From assembly GCA_027624135.1 (NCBI GenBank), contig JAQBXL010000001.1:4950-68949 (forward strand): DNA of 64,000 bases, written 5' to 3'. Shown one piece after another: positions 18,508-27,933 of the stretch (positions are counted from its first letter, which is position 1; each line of letters opens with the position of its first letter). The DNA is from Chloroflexota bacterium (GTDB taxonomy: Bacteria; Chloroflexota; Dehalococcoidia; Lucifugimonadales; UBA3495). Below the pieces are notes generated by a model. The model saw nothing but the letters and a program-made list of their open reading frames with translations, ran no database searches and was not told where the DNA came from. Position numbers and translations under genes: made by a program.

Positions 18508-19704
18508 CTATTCGACGGTTACCGGGTACCCGACTATGGCGCTGAAATTCTTGCGCATGTTGTTGTAACGTGGCTCCCTGGACTGGACTCGGCCCACGTC
18601 ATCGGTTGCCCGAGACATGATGTTATAGTTCCCCGGCTTGGCCGCATCCCACTGATAGGACCAGCGGACCCACATGAACTGGTCGTGTCTGGGCGCTTCG
18701 ATGTGGGCAGAATTCCAGGTGTCGCCGCCGTCAGTGCTGACATCGACCTCTGAGATGGCCCCAGCGCCACTCCAGGCGTAACCCCGGATCATGTGAACAC
18801 CCTTGGTCATCTTCTCGGTGTCATCGTTGGGCTGGGTCACGATCGCCTTGACACCGATGGTGGTGATCAGTTCTTTGTTTGGGTCGTCAACCGAGTTGCC
18901 GTAGTAGTAGAACTCGTACTGATACCAGCAGGGGGGATTGTGGTCCAAGACCTCTAGATCAGTGATCCACTTTACGGACCAGTTTCCAGACCAGCCAGGC
19001 ACCAGCAGACGAACGGGCGCGCCATGCAGGTGCTCCAGGAGTTGCCCGTTCTGCGCATAGGCCAGGATCGTGTCTGGATGGAGGGCCTTCTGGATCGGCA
19101 GGCCCTTGTCGTAGTAGAAGGGCTTGGTGCCTTCGGCGGCTGTGGCAGGGACTCCATCGTCATTGCCAACGGCCCGCACGTAAAGAGATTTATCGTCTAA
19201 GCCGACAGCATGTAAGACAGCGGCCAGAGGGACTCCGGTCCATTCGCTGGCGCTGAGGATCATGCATTCTTGAGTGCGGGAAGGCTTGGGGCCTTCTTCC
19301 TTGAAATACTCGAAGAAGGTGGCATCGCTGCCGGAGCATTCCATGACCGTGCGGACACTGCGTCCGGGGAAGCGGCGGAGTTGGTCGAAGTTCAGCGTGA
19401 GTTCGTTCTTAACCTGGCCGTAGACCTTCAACCCCCATTTGTCCGTCGGCACTACCGGGGGGACTGCAAAGTGCTGGACGGTGTAATGCAGGTCAGTGGG
19501 AGTGATCAGGCCCTCTAGGTCCATCACAGGTGTGCGGATGCGGACCGTGCGGCCCTCGTCATCCATGAGCGTAACCGGGTTCAAGTCTTTCGTGGGCCAG
19601 CCATGCCAATTACCCGTCTTGTTGGCGTTGGCGGGGTCCGAGCCTATCGCCTCGTCCATTCTCAGAAAGTCGGGGATCACGCTGTCTTGTCGCGTCGTTG
19701 CCAT
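18508..19704 (-). CDS. sulfite-oxidase-fold molybdopterin oxidoreductase (SUOX family), paralog 2
   Basis: VMECSGSD, HGAPVRLLVPGWSGNWSVKW. No signal peptide visible. Confidence 0.85.
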   Translation of the reverse strand: MATTRQDSVIPDFLRMDEAIGSDPANANKTGNWHGWPTKDLNPVTLMDDEGRTVRIRTPVMDLEGLITPTDLHYTVQHFAVPPVVPTDKWGLKVYGQVKNELTLNFDQLRRFPGRSVRTVMECSGSDATFFEYFKEEGPKPSRTQECMILSASEWTGVPLAAVLHAVGLDDKSLYVRAVGNDDGVPATAAEGTKPFYYDKGLPIQKALHPDTILAYAQNGQLLEHLHGAPVRLLVPGWSGNWSVKWITDLEVLDHNPPCWYQYEFYYYGNSVDDPNKELITTIGVKAIVTQPNDDTEKMTKGVHMIRGYAWSGAGAISEVDVSTDGGDTWNSAHIEAPRHDQFMWVRWSYQWDAAKPGNYNIMSRATDDVGRVQSREPRYNNMRKNFSAIVGYPVTVE

Positions 19705-19764
19705 CGAGTCCCTCCTATTTTCCTTCAGTCTTGAGTTGTTGGGCTTGAATCTTAGGCGCTAATA

Positions 19765-21342
19765 TTAACCGGTAGCGTATTTCGCACCCAGGTCGGTTTC
19801 CCACCTAAGATAATTCATCATTTCGGCGTAGCTGCGGTCTACTCCCAGATAGTTGATGTCTGAAGGAGGCCGCACGATTCCAGTCAGCCCTTCCTCTACA
19901 GGCAAGCCAGCCTGTTTCCAAGCAGCCATGCCGCCGTCAAGGGCCGCGACATTGGTGTAGCCCATTCCTTGCAGGGTGGCAGATGCCAATATGGCGCCGC
20001 CGCCCCGGCCACAGGTTACGACGATGGCAGCACTCTTAGAAGGAACTGCAGCTTCAATCTCAAGCTCCAACCAACTTCGGGAGATCCACTTTGCGCCTGG
20101 GGTGTGGCCCTGGGAGAAGTCCTGGCTCGTGTCCACGAAAAGGACTAGGTCAGGCTTGCTGGAGTTCAAGTCTTGAGGTGAAACCTTCTTAACCGAAGCC
20201 TCAGCCTCCGCCATCCCGGGTATGGCCAGATCCGGGAATGTAATCTCTGGCATTTGACCGGAGGCCTGCCAGGCAGGAACTCCACCATCCACAGCAAAGA
20301 CATTTTCGTGACCCATCTGCCGGTACAAGGAGGCAGTGATCGTAGCCCTGGCTTTACCGTCGCAGCAGAAAACGTAGGTGGCATTCTTCACCACAGCCAC
20401 ATCGTCGGAGCGTTGCACTGCCTGGCCGCCAGGGAAAGAACGGAAACCGGGGATATGCATCGCATTGAATTCTTCTACGGTGCGCACATCGATCAGGTAG
20501 ACCGATTCTTGGTCCCGTTTGGCCATCACTTTCTGCAATTCAGGCACGTCTAGATACCGGACGCCGTCCTCTGTGGCCAAGCGTGCGGCGTATTCCTCGG
20601 CTGCAGAACGTCCCTCTTCAGAGATCTGGGGAAGCGTGAGCCGGTCGCCGCCGAACTCCAGTTCATATCCGGCCAACAACCACCCTGAGGTGCCGTTCTT
20701 GAGACCCACGGCCTTGACGCCCATGCGTTGGAGAACCCGCGTTCCCATGATGCTGCGAGTGCGTCCGGCGCAGTTGATGACGACCGTGGTGTCGTCGTCC
20801 AACTCTTTGGTGATGTCGGTGATTCTGAGGGCAAGTTCACCGCCGGGCATGCTGCGCCCGCCAGGGATGCACATGCGCTGGTATTCCTCTGGGGTACGGG
20901 TATCCAGGATGACGAGCTTTTCGCCGTTCTCGATCCGCTGGTGCAGGTCGTCGGCCGTGATCTCAGGTACGTGGTGGACCACCTCCTGCATCTCTCCGAA
21001 CTCCTTGCTGGGCACGTTTACACCCCATTCGGTAGGCAGATCGTTGCTGGCCCAGCGGTTGGTCCCGCCCTGCAACACAGAAACGTTGGTGTAGCCCAGA
21101 TTCTTCAGGGTCTCTCCCGCCAATGCGGCGCGGCGTCCGTCGTCGTCGCAAACGACCACCTGGGTTCCTTTGAACGGAACTGATTCTTCGATGATGAACT
21201 CGATCCGGCGGCGCGGGATGAGGGCGGCGCCCGGTATATGGGTGGCGTTGTACTCGCCCGACTCCCGAACATCGATCAAAGCGAAGGGAGACTTCCCATC
21301 GAGCAGGTTCTTCAAGTCCTGGGTTGAAATGGTCTTGGCCAT
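19765..21342 (-). CDS. four-domain rhodanese-like sulfurtransferase
   Basis: Four rhodanese repeats, each with a catalytic-loop Cys: VCDDDGRR, NCAGRTRS, CCDGKARA, TCGRGGGA. Confidence 0.85.
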   Translation of the reverse strand: MAKTISTQDLKNLLDGKSPFALIDVRESGEYNATHIPGAALIPRRRIEFIIEESVPFKGTQVVVCDDDGRRAALAGETLKNLGYTNVSVLQGGTNRWASNDLPTEWGVNVPSKEFGEMQEVVHHVPEITADDLHQRIENGEKLVILDTRTPEEYQRMCIPGGRSMPGGELALRITDITKELDDDTTVVINCAGRTRSIMGTRVLQRMGVKAVGLKNGTSGWLLAGYELEFGGDRLTLPQISEEGRSAAEEYAARLATEDGVRYLDVPELQKVMAKRDQESVYLIDVRTVEEFNAMHIPGFRSFPGGQAVQRSDDVAVVKNATYVFCCDGKARATITASLYRQMGHENVFAVDGGVPAWQASGQMPEITFPDLAIPGMAEAEASVKKVSPQDLNSSKPDLVLFVDTSQDFSQGHTPGAKWISRSWLELEIEAAVPSKSAAIVVTCGRGGGAILASATLQGMGYTNVAALDGGMAAWKQAGLPVEEGLTGIVRPPSDINYLGVDRSYAEMMNYLRWETDLGAKYATG

Positions 21343-21407
21343 CGATCTTTTCTCCTCAGCCTCGGCTATGTGTCCGGCTCCGATCCACGGGTATCGGCGA
21401 GCCTACT

Positions 21408-21995
21408 CTAACAGTTGTCCCACTTGGTTGTGCGGAAATTTGTGATCTTTCCAGTCTCCAAGTTATAGCTGCTGCGTTGCAAGCCTCGAAGGTCGGAACC
21501 GTACACATGAATCTCCACAGTTGGCCGGTCAGTGTGGTTGTCCATCTGATGAATCTCGTCCGTATCGGGGACCAGCAAAGTGATCTCGCCGGGCTTGAAG
21601 CTCGCGGCCCGGTCTTTCTCCAGCTTGGCGTAGCCATCCACGTCTCGGTCATCAACTCGGCGGTATCTGGTTTCTGTGAGGGTATTGTCCAAGATGCCGA
21701 TCATGCCCCAGGTCCGGTGGTCATGGGGGCCAAGGTGCTCACCAGCGCCCCAAACTACTGCGGTGACTTGAAGGCCGCTCTCGCCCTGATAGAGCAGACG
21801 TGATGCGTGATCGGGGCGGGGGCCAACGCCCAGCGGAACTCGGAATTCCATGGGAATAGAGTCGGGATTGCTGACCAACCGCTCAAGCCAATCTGAGCCT
21901 TGGTCGAAGATCTTCTGGTTGTCGGGTTGGCTCTTGAGCAGTGACTCCATATCCTGGGTGAAATCTTCCAAGGAATACTTGACTGTGGTCATCAT
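21408..21995 (-). CDS. cysteine dioxygenase type I-like cupin (thiol dioxygenase, e.g. cysteine or 3-mercaptopropionate)
   Basis: 195 aa. GPHDH metal motif followed by WGMIGIL and EIHQM, matching the CDO-type cupin layout. Confidence 0.7.
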   Translation of the reverse strand: MMTTVKYSLEDFTQDMESLLKSQPDNQKIFDQGSDWLERLVSNPDSIPMEFRVPLGVGPRPDHASRLLYQGESGLQVTAVVWGAGEHLGPHDHRTWGMIGILDNTLTETRYRRVDDRDVDGYAKLEKDRAASFKPGEITLLVPDTDEIHQMDNHTDRPTVEIHVYGSDLRGLQRSSYNLETGKITNFRTTKWDNC

Positions 21996-22240
21996 GCTCC
22001 TTAATTGGAGGGCGAAACCGGCGGTCTAATCACTTTGCGTCGAGACGCCCTGCGGAACTCGATACTATGACAGCAAGATTATGATTGCCCGGTGAAGTCA
22101 ACGTCAACCGTGCGCCTTTTATGCGGAGTATCAAGAAAATGATAGTATGGAACTACTAAGGGCCAAAAGCAGGGGTGGTCCTTAGTGCCCAGTGATTTCG
22201 AAGCAATCCCGAGATCGACCCTAGTAGGCTGAGGTGTCCA

Positions 22241-23182
22241 TTGGATATCCGTGAACTGATCAGTTTTTACCATACTGCCCGCCTGAGCAGCGTGTCCCAG
22301 GCGGCGCGTTTCCTAGAATTGGGACAACCAACTGTGACCGCCCACTTGCAGCGGTTGGAGTTGGACGTTGGCTCGGACCTGTTTGACCGCAACAGGCGCC
22401 CAATCAAGCTCACAGCTCAGGGCAGCAAGCTGTTCGAGTTGGCCCGGCCCTTGGTGTCGTCCATGGAGCGCGGCCTTGAGTCTCTGAACAACCAGATGAC
22501 CGACCCAGACCAACAGGGTTCATTCAGCATCGGATCGTACCCCGACCTCGCCTTGCACTATCTGCCTCCAGTACTCCAAGGATACCGGTCTCGTTATCCC
22601 GAAGCCGCCATCAAAGTGCTGACCAACCCATACCAGGTACTGATGCGATCGCTTGAAGCTGGTGATGTGGACATGGCCGTGGTCCATACTCCCGAAGAGC
22701 AAGTTAAGGACGTCTCATTCGTGCATCTCTTTGACGCCCCGTTCAATCTCTTGGCGCCAATCGGCCATCCGATTCTTGATAGTCCGAGTCTGAGTCTTGA
22801 GACAATCGCTGAATGGCCGTTGATACTTCTAAGCCAGCATAGTTACACCCGCCGTAGATTTGAATTGGCAATGAGCGAGAGGGGATTGCAGTGCCAGGTG
22901 GGGTTGGAGATGGACAACAGCGAGTTGGTGAGGAAGTACGTAGAGATTGGCATGGGCATCGCCGTGACGACCACCGACTTCTCCGGGCCGAACCACCAGG
23001 ATAGTTCAAGATTAAGGGTTCTGGACCTCAGTCATCTTCTCCCGCCGGTTCAGATCGGCCTAGCCGTCAAAACAAGGCGTGACCTGTCTGCTGCCGCTTG
23101 GGAATTTATCGCTGACCTGAAAGCCGCAGCCGTGGGCGCCGAGCCACTGCCCACCCGGCTCAGCCGCGTTGGCAATCCCTGA
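22241..23182 (+). CDS. LysR-family transcriptional regulator
   Basis: N-terminal HTH (FYHTARLSSVSQAARFLELGQPTVTAHLQRLE) plus a substrate-binding domain. Divergent from the dioxygenase gene. Confidence 0.9.
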   Translation: MDIRELISFYHTARLSSVSQAARFLELGQPTVTAHLQRLELDVGSDLFDRNRRPIKLTAQGSKLFELARPLVSSMERGLESLNNQMTDPDQQGSFSIGSYPDLALHYLPPVLQGYRSRYPEAAIKVLTNPYQVLMRSLEAGDVDMAVVHTPEEQVKDVSFVHLFDAPFNLLAPIGHPILDSPSLSLETIAEWPLILLSQHSYTRRRFELAMSERGLQCQVGLEMDNSELVRKYVEIGMGIAVTTTDFSGPNHQDSSRLRVLDLSHLLPPVQIGLAVKTRRDLSAAAWEFIADLKAAAVGAEPLPTRLSRVGNP

Positions 23183-23262
23183 TTGCGTCGTCGCATACTC
23201 AGAGTGATAAGATTGGCCGGTGGCGCACCGCACCAGAATCAGCCCTATTAAATGAGGTCTAT

Positions 23263-23526
23263 TTGGAAGACCATAAATTCGTGGACCAGATTCGGGACAA
23301 GATTGAACGCATGACCGGACGCGAGGTTGAACTCCGCGTTGACCAAGACGATGCCGGCCAGATCGGCGTCGAATTGGGCGGCGATATCCCAGTAGTCATC
23401 CTGGGCAACCACATCATGCAGTATTCCGGCTTCGCCCGAATGGGCATCGAATACGCCGTAGCCTGCATCCGCGAAGAACGAGCTATCGACCCCGTCGAGT
23501 TCCACGTCCTTCTGGCCCGCAATTAG
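23263..23526 (+). CDS. hypothetical protein
   Basis: 87 aa with a more protein-like composition than the overlapping minus ORF 23248-23637. TTG start. No recognisable domain. Confidence 0.4.
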   Translation: MEDHKFVDQIRDKIERMTGREVELRVDQDDAGQIGVELGGDIPVVILGNHIMQYSGFARMGIEYAVACIREERAIDPVEFHVLLARN

Positions 23527-23543
23527 GTCTTCGTGAGCCAGTC

Positions 23544-23972
23544 GTGAATCAAGAAGAGGAAGAGCAAGGACCATCGATTCCGAGACCGTGGTACTACCGG
23601 TCGGAATACATGCTCCCCATGCTGGTCTTTTGGCCATCCGGTGCCATCTTGGTCCTGCGCTCTCCCTGGAACAACAACACCATGCTTGGGGGATTGGCCT
23701 GGGCGGTGATGATCATCGGCGCGGTGATGGCCTTAAGATGGATCCAGGCGGGATCGTACCAGCCGCTCGCGACATTCTACGTCCCGGGAATCCTGCTAAC
23801 CCTAGTCACACAGGTGCAATGGGCGGCGTACCGCAAACTAATGGAAACGGATGATCCGGGCGCCGAGTCCGAATTAGCCGAGTTAGATGACGACGAGTCC
23901 CAGGACAGGCCTCCACGTCCTTCTGCCCGCAGACGGCGAAAAAATCCGCGGACGGGCCGTTCTAAAGGCTGA
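23544..23972 (+). CDS. hypothetical membrane protein with basic C-terminal tail
   Basis: Three hydrophobic segments and an acidic then R/K-rich tail. GTG start 18 nt after the preceding ORF. Confidence 0.5.
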   Translation: MNQEEEEQGPSIPRPWYYRSEYMLPMLVFWPSGAILVLRSPWNNNTMLGGLAWAVMIIGAVMALRWIQAGSYQPLATFYVPGILLTLVTQVQWAAYRKLMETDDPGAESELAELDDDESQDRPPRPSARRRRKNPRTGRSKG

Positions 23973-24348
23973 CCACTGCCCGGGCTTTAGCCACGATCTC
24001 ACCGTCGTGAGATTCCACGGCGACCTGGCACTCCACCATCCTCTTCTCCCCCAGGTCTGATTTGCCAACCACCTGGCCACAGACGCTCACCGTGTCCCCT
24101 GGGAGGAAATCAATCAAGATCTCCGTTTCGATCGATGTGCCTTCATTGTGCACGTTGTCCGGCGGAAAGGCCTTCAGCAGTAACTCTTTCACGTAGCCAG
24201 TCAACTTCTCGGTGCTGACTGGGTCCTCTCTGGGAGCTTCGACTCCTTCTCGCGTGGGAAGGCGAAACTCGAACTTAACCAGGATCGGCAGATCGTCGCC
24301 TGCCGAGATGTTGTCAAATTCGACCGTCTGGGCCCAAAGGGTGGCCAT
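23962..24348 (-). CDS. MaoC-like/hotdog-fold dehydratase domain protein
   Basis: 128 aa. C-terminal GDTVSVCGQVVGK...ECQVAVESHDGEIVAKARAVV is typical of a hotdog central helix and sheet. Confidence 0.65.
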   Translation of the reverse strand: MATLWAQTVEFDNISAGDDLPILVKFEFRLPTREGVEAPREDPVSTEKLTGYVKELLLKAFPPDNVHNEGTSIETEILIDFLPGDTVSVCGQVVGKSDLGEKRMVECQVAVESHDGEIVAKARAVVSL

Positions 24349-24500
24349 CTGGATTTACTCCCGGATAATCATCAAGCCTGGGCAGTCCAACCGCGCAGGC
24401 TTCGCTAAAGCCTATGATACACTTTTGACGGAGCCTGTAATTGAGCCTGAGATCGAGCCTAGACAAGGCCGTGTTGGCGATACTGGGGAGGAAGATATCC

Positions 24501-25214
24501 ATGGGGGAAAACGAAGAGCCGTTCCGAAGAGGGATGGTGATTATGGCCCATCCGGACGATGCCGAGTGGAGCTGTTCCGGAACCGTGGCCAAGTGGTGCG
24601 CAGATGGCTGGGAAGTTGTCTACCTGCTTTGCACCGACGGCAGCAAAGGTAGTTCAGACCCTGAAATAACCAGCGAAATGCTGATAAAGATAAGAGAGAA
24701 AGAGCAGAGGGACGCCGGAAAAGTGCTGGGGTTGAAGGATGTGGTTTTCCTCGGTTACCCCGATGCGTATCTGGAACCCACGCTAGACCTCCGACGGGAC
24801 ATCGCGCGGGAGATTCGGCGCTACAAGCCGGACGTGGTCATCGTTGGCAGCCCGTCCCGGGATACAAACTCGGGCCATTACCTGGGACACCCAGACCATT
24901 TCGCGGCGGGAGAAGCTGCATTATCGGCAGTTTTCCCCACCGCCCGCGACCGATTGACATTCCCCGAGTTGCTCGACGAGGGGTTCGAGCCCCATAAAGT
25001 CCGAGAAGTCTGGGTGGCGGGCGGCGGCGATAATTCGGATCAGTTTGTTGACGTGGAAGACCATATGGACACGGCGGTCAAGGCGCTGAAGGCCCATGTC
25101 TCCCAGGTTGACCAGGAGCATGCCGGAGAATGGTTCCGCCAAGGCCGGATCAACACCGGCAAGAAAGTGGGCATGGCCTACGCCGAGGGATTCAAGCGCA
25201 TCTCATTGGGATAG
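24501..25214 (+). CDS. PIG-L/LmbE-family deacetylase
   Basis: VIMAHPDDAE motif and HPDH. GGGAGGA RBS before ATG 24501 (the track ORF starts earlier, at 24441). Confidence 0.85.
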   Translation: MGENEEPFRRGMVIMAHPDDAEWSCSGTVAKWCADGWEVVYLLCTDGSKGSSDPEITSEMLIKIREKEQRDAGKVLGLKDVVFLGYPDAYLEPTLDLRRDIAREIRRYKPDVVIVGSPSRDTNSGHYLGHPDHFAAGEAALSAVFPTARDRLTFPELLDEGFEPHKVREVWVAGGGDNSDQFVDVEDHMDTAVKALKAHVSQVDQEHAGEWFRQGRINTGKKVGMAYAEGFKRISLG

Positions 25215-25300
25215 ATGGGGCTACCGGTCGGTTGTCCGCATTAAGAGAGTGTAGGGTCTCGTAATGAAACCCCGCACTCTCTCCGCCCGGCCGAAGGGGC

Positions 25301-26104
25301 CTAGCGAGGTTTGTGGGCTACTACTTTGTATCCGGCGGTGTTGGTCGGGGGCCGCTCTGGATGTTTATCCATGTAGTCCACCGCTTCGCTGGTGAACTTG
25401 ATATTGATGAACCCGGCGCGGACCAGACGGTCGCGGTACACATCCACGTATTCCGCGCCCGCCGTGCAGGAGACCCAGTCCTCGGGTGAAGACACGCTGG
25501 GGCCTTGGGGCGTGAGCGCCATCACATCTGAAAGGTGTATGCGGCCGCCGGGCGAAAGCACCCGGAAGCTCTCCGTGAATACTGCGTCCTTGTCCGGGGA
25601 CAAACACACCACGCAGTTGGAGATGATCACATCGACACTGGTGTCGGGTATGGGCATCTTCTCCATCTCGCCTTGCACGAACTCCACGTTCTCGATGCCC
25701 AGCTTGGCCTTATTGGCGCGAGCCAGTTCCAGCATGGCCGGAGTCATATCCAAGCCGGTTACATGTCCGGTGTCGCCAACCTGTTGGGAGGCCAGAAAGC
25801 AGTCTATGCCTCCACCTGAACCCAGGTCCAAGACCCGTTCTCCAGGCTGCAAGCCCGCCAATGCCGTGGGGTTGCCACAGCCAGCGGAGGCGGCGATGGA
25901 CTCCATGGGCAGGCCAGCCAGTTGGCCCTCGTTATAAAGGAGCATGGCGTGGTCCAAATCTTCAACACCGCAACAGGCGCCGTCGGTAGAACAGCCACAC
26001 CCGTCCGATTCATTTTCGACGGGCGTCAGGTTTATGACCCGCTCTGCCCTGGCGCCGTACCGCTCCTTGACTAACTCTTTTATCTTTTCTTGATCAGTGG
26101 CCAT
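25301..26104 (-). CDS. arsM: arsenite S-adenosylmethionine methyltransferase ArsM
   Basis: SAM motif VLDLGSGGGID. Conserved Cys contexts (CGCS..ACCG, AGCGNP, SNCVVCLSPDK). GGAGGA lies before ATG 26104. Confidence 0.85.
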   Translation of the reverse strand: MATDQEKIKELVKERYGARAERVINLTPVENESDGCGCSTDGACCGVEDLDHAMLLYNEGQLAGLPMESIAASAGCGNPTALAGLQPGERVLDLGSGGGIDCFLASQQVGDTGHVTGLDMTPAMLELARANKAKLGIENVEFVQGEMEKMPIPDTSVDVIISNCVVCLSPDKDAVFTESFRVLSPGGRIHLSDVMALTPQGPSVSSPEDWVSCTAGAEYVDVYRDRLVRAGFINIKFTSEAVDYMDKHPERPPTNTAGYKVVAHKPR

Positions 26105-26177
26105 TTCCTTTTCCTCCAATTATGTATCTGATCGCCGGTTCCTCGCCGATTCCTCGATGCTTCCGGTTGCCGGATAT

Positions 26178-26582
26178 CTACTTGCTTTTGGGCAGCGCTT
26201 GTTCGATGCAGTCTTCGACGGTGGGAAGCATCCGCTGCCAGACTCGGGCGGCGGCGCGAAATGCTTCTTCGCCTGATTCTGTCAGCCAGCACACGCGGCG
26301 TTGACGTCCCTGATGCTCCTCCATGCGGCAGTCCACATAACCGCCATCTTGCAGTTCTTTCATGGTGGAGTAGACCATCGCCTCGGTGGGTTCGCAGCAG
26401 CCTTGGCACGCTTCTTTGATCGCCTGGTTGATTCCGTATCCGTGGACCGGACCCTTGGCCAGTTGGGCCAGGAGTAGGAACCGGCATAGACTGCGCTTCA
26501 CCAGGTTCTCCCAGTATGCTTCGGTCTGCATGGCCGTGGACTTGGTTTCCAGTTTGGCGGTTTCTAGCTTGATGGAGGTCAT
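26178..26582 (-). CDS. PadR-family transcriptional regulator, unusually Cys-rich
   Basis: LLLAQLAKGPVHGYGI...MKELQDGGYV...WLTESGEEA is the PadR winged-helix layout. Seven Cys, including CQGCC in the recognition-helix region. Confidence 0.85.
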   Translation of the reverse strand: MTSIKLETAKLETKSTAMQTEAYWENLVKRSLCRFLLLAQLAKGPVHGYGINQAIKEACQGCCEPTEAMVYSTMKELQDGGYVDCRMEEHQGRQRRVCWLTESGEEAFRAAARVWQRMLPTVEDCIEQALPKSK

Positions 26583-26630
26583 TGTGCTGTCGTTTGCCTC
26601 TAGTGGTTTCTCGAGATCTTGCCGGCGACT

Positions 26631-26690
26631 TAAGTACTAAACCAGGAATACTAATCCCACTTGAATACTATAGCTTGTTAAGTATAGTAG
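26631..26690. promoter_or_regulatory. candidate operator: repeated (A/G)(A/T)TACTA half-sites between padR and the enolase-family gene
   Basis: AAGTACTA 26632-26639, GAATACTA 26646-26653, GAATACTA 26663-26670. Inverted repeat TACTATA(26666-26672)-N10-TATAGTA(26683-26689). Confidence 0.35.
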
Positions 26691-26801
26691 GCTGTCCAGC
26701 CCGCCTTGTCAACACTTTCCTTCGCACCGGCAAATCTGAAGCTAGATTGTGTTAAAATCAGGCCGCCCGGTAATCAGGAAGGCCTTTCAGGAACGATTGA
26801 C

Positions 26802-27905
26802 ATGAAGATCACCAAGTCCCAGATACAGATGCAGCACGCTCCAGCCGACGAAGCGCTGGTGGACGTCCAACCCAAGTCGGGTGGCATGCGGGCCTTCATC
26901 ACGGTCAAGATGATGACCGATGAAGGTATCGAAGGTATCGGCCTGACCTTCGCTCCGGGTTTGGGCCTGAGCCCACTGGCCCCCGCGTTAAAGTCTACAG
27001 TGGACGCGCTCTGCGCCCTTATCGAAGGCGAAGACCCGATGGATATCGAGGCGGTGATGCATGGGTTGCGTCAGAAGACCGGCGGCTCCGGCCCCGGAGG
27101 GCTACTAACCCTGGCGATGGCCGCGGTAGACATGGCTCTGTGGGATATCAAAGGCAAGGCGCTCAACCAGTCGGTGTGCTCTCTATTGGGCGGCTTCCGC
27201 AAGCGGGTGCCGACCTACGCCAGCGGGGCTTTGATGCGCCCCATGAATCTGGAACAGTTGGCCGAGATCGGCCCGGCGCTGGTGGAGAAAGGGTTCCGGC
27301 AGATGAAATCGCAGATGGGCGCCGAGGACACACCGGCCAAAGAGGTCATGCGCATGCGGACCCTGCGGGAGGCCGTGGGCGAAGACATCGACATAATGTG
27401 CGACATCAACCAGCTTTGGGACGTTAACCAGGCCACCACCATCGGCAAGCGAGTGGAGGAGTACAACCTTTTCTGGCTGGAAGACGTGGTGGCCCACGAC
27501 GACTACCAGGGTATGGCCCGGGTGGCGGACGCCCTGACCACTCCCATTGCGGCAGGCGAGTACGTCTACGGCATCAACCCTTTCCGGCAGCTCATCGAGA
27601 ACCGGTCGATAGACATCGTGATGATCGACCTGCTGCGGGTCGGCGGCATCACAGAATGGCGAAAAGTCGCCGGCATGGCCGAGGCGTTCAACCTACCGGT
27701 GGTCAGCCACCTGGTGCCGGAGATTCACATCCAACTGATGGGCGCGATCCCCAACGGCCTGACCGTGGAGTACATGCCCTGGACCCTGAAGCTGTTCGAG
27801 GAAACGCCCAAATTCGTCGACGGCTGCCTGGAAGTGCCGGACAAACCGGGACTGGGCCTGGCCTTTAGCGAAGACGCTCTGAAACAGTACGCGGTCTCAA
27901 TCTGA
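26802..27905 (+). CDS. enolase-superfamily enzyme (mandelate racemase/muconate lactonizing enzyme family)
   Basis: MALWDIKGK, KSQMG, DINQLW, FWLEDV, AAGE metal/acid-base motifs. ATG 26802 (MKITK...) is preferred. Confidence 0.85.
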   Translation: MKITKSQIQMQHAPADEALVDVQPKSGGMRAFITVKMMTDEGIEGIGLTFAPGLGLSPLAPALKSTVDALCALIEGEDPMDIEAVMHGLRQKTGGSGPGGLLTLAMAAVDMALWDIKGKALNQSVCSLLGGFRKRVPTYASGALMRPMNLEQLAEIGPALVEKGFRQMKSQMGAEDTPAKEVMRMRTLREAVGEDIDIMCDINQLWDVNQATTIGKRVEEYNLFWLEDVVAHDDYQGMARVADALTTPIAAGEYVYGINPFRQLIENRSIDIVMIDLLRVGGITEWRKVAGMAEAFNLPVVSHLVPEIHIQLMGAIPNGLTVEYMPWTLKLFEETPKFVDGCLEVPDKPGLGLAFSEDALKQYAVSI

Positions 27906-27933
27906 AAGCGATAAACTCACAGAGGTGAATACC

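Noticed and set aside
23248-23637. 129-aa minus-strand ORF overlapping plus ORFs 23263-23526 and 23544-23972
   Set aside because: It spans the gap between two plus-strand ORFs and has a D/A/G/V-rich shadow-like composition. The plus-strand pair, one with clear TM segments, is the more coherent reading, although neither has homology support that I can see.
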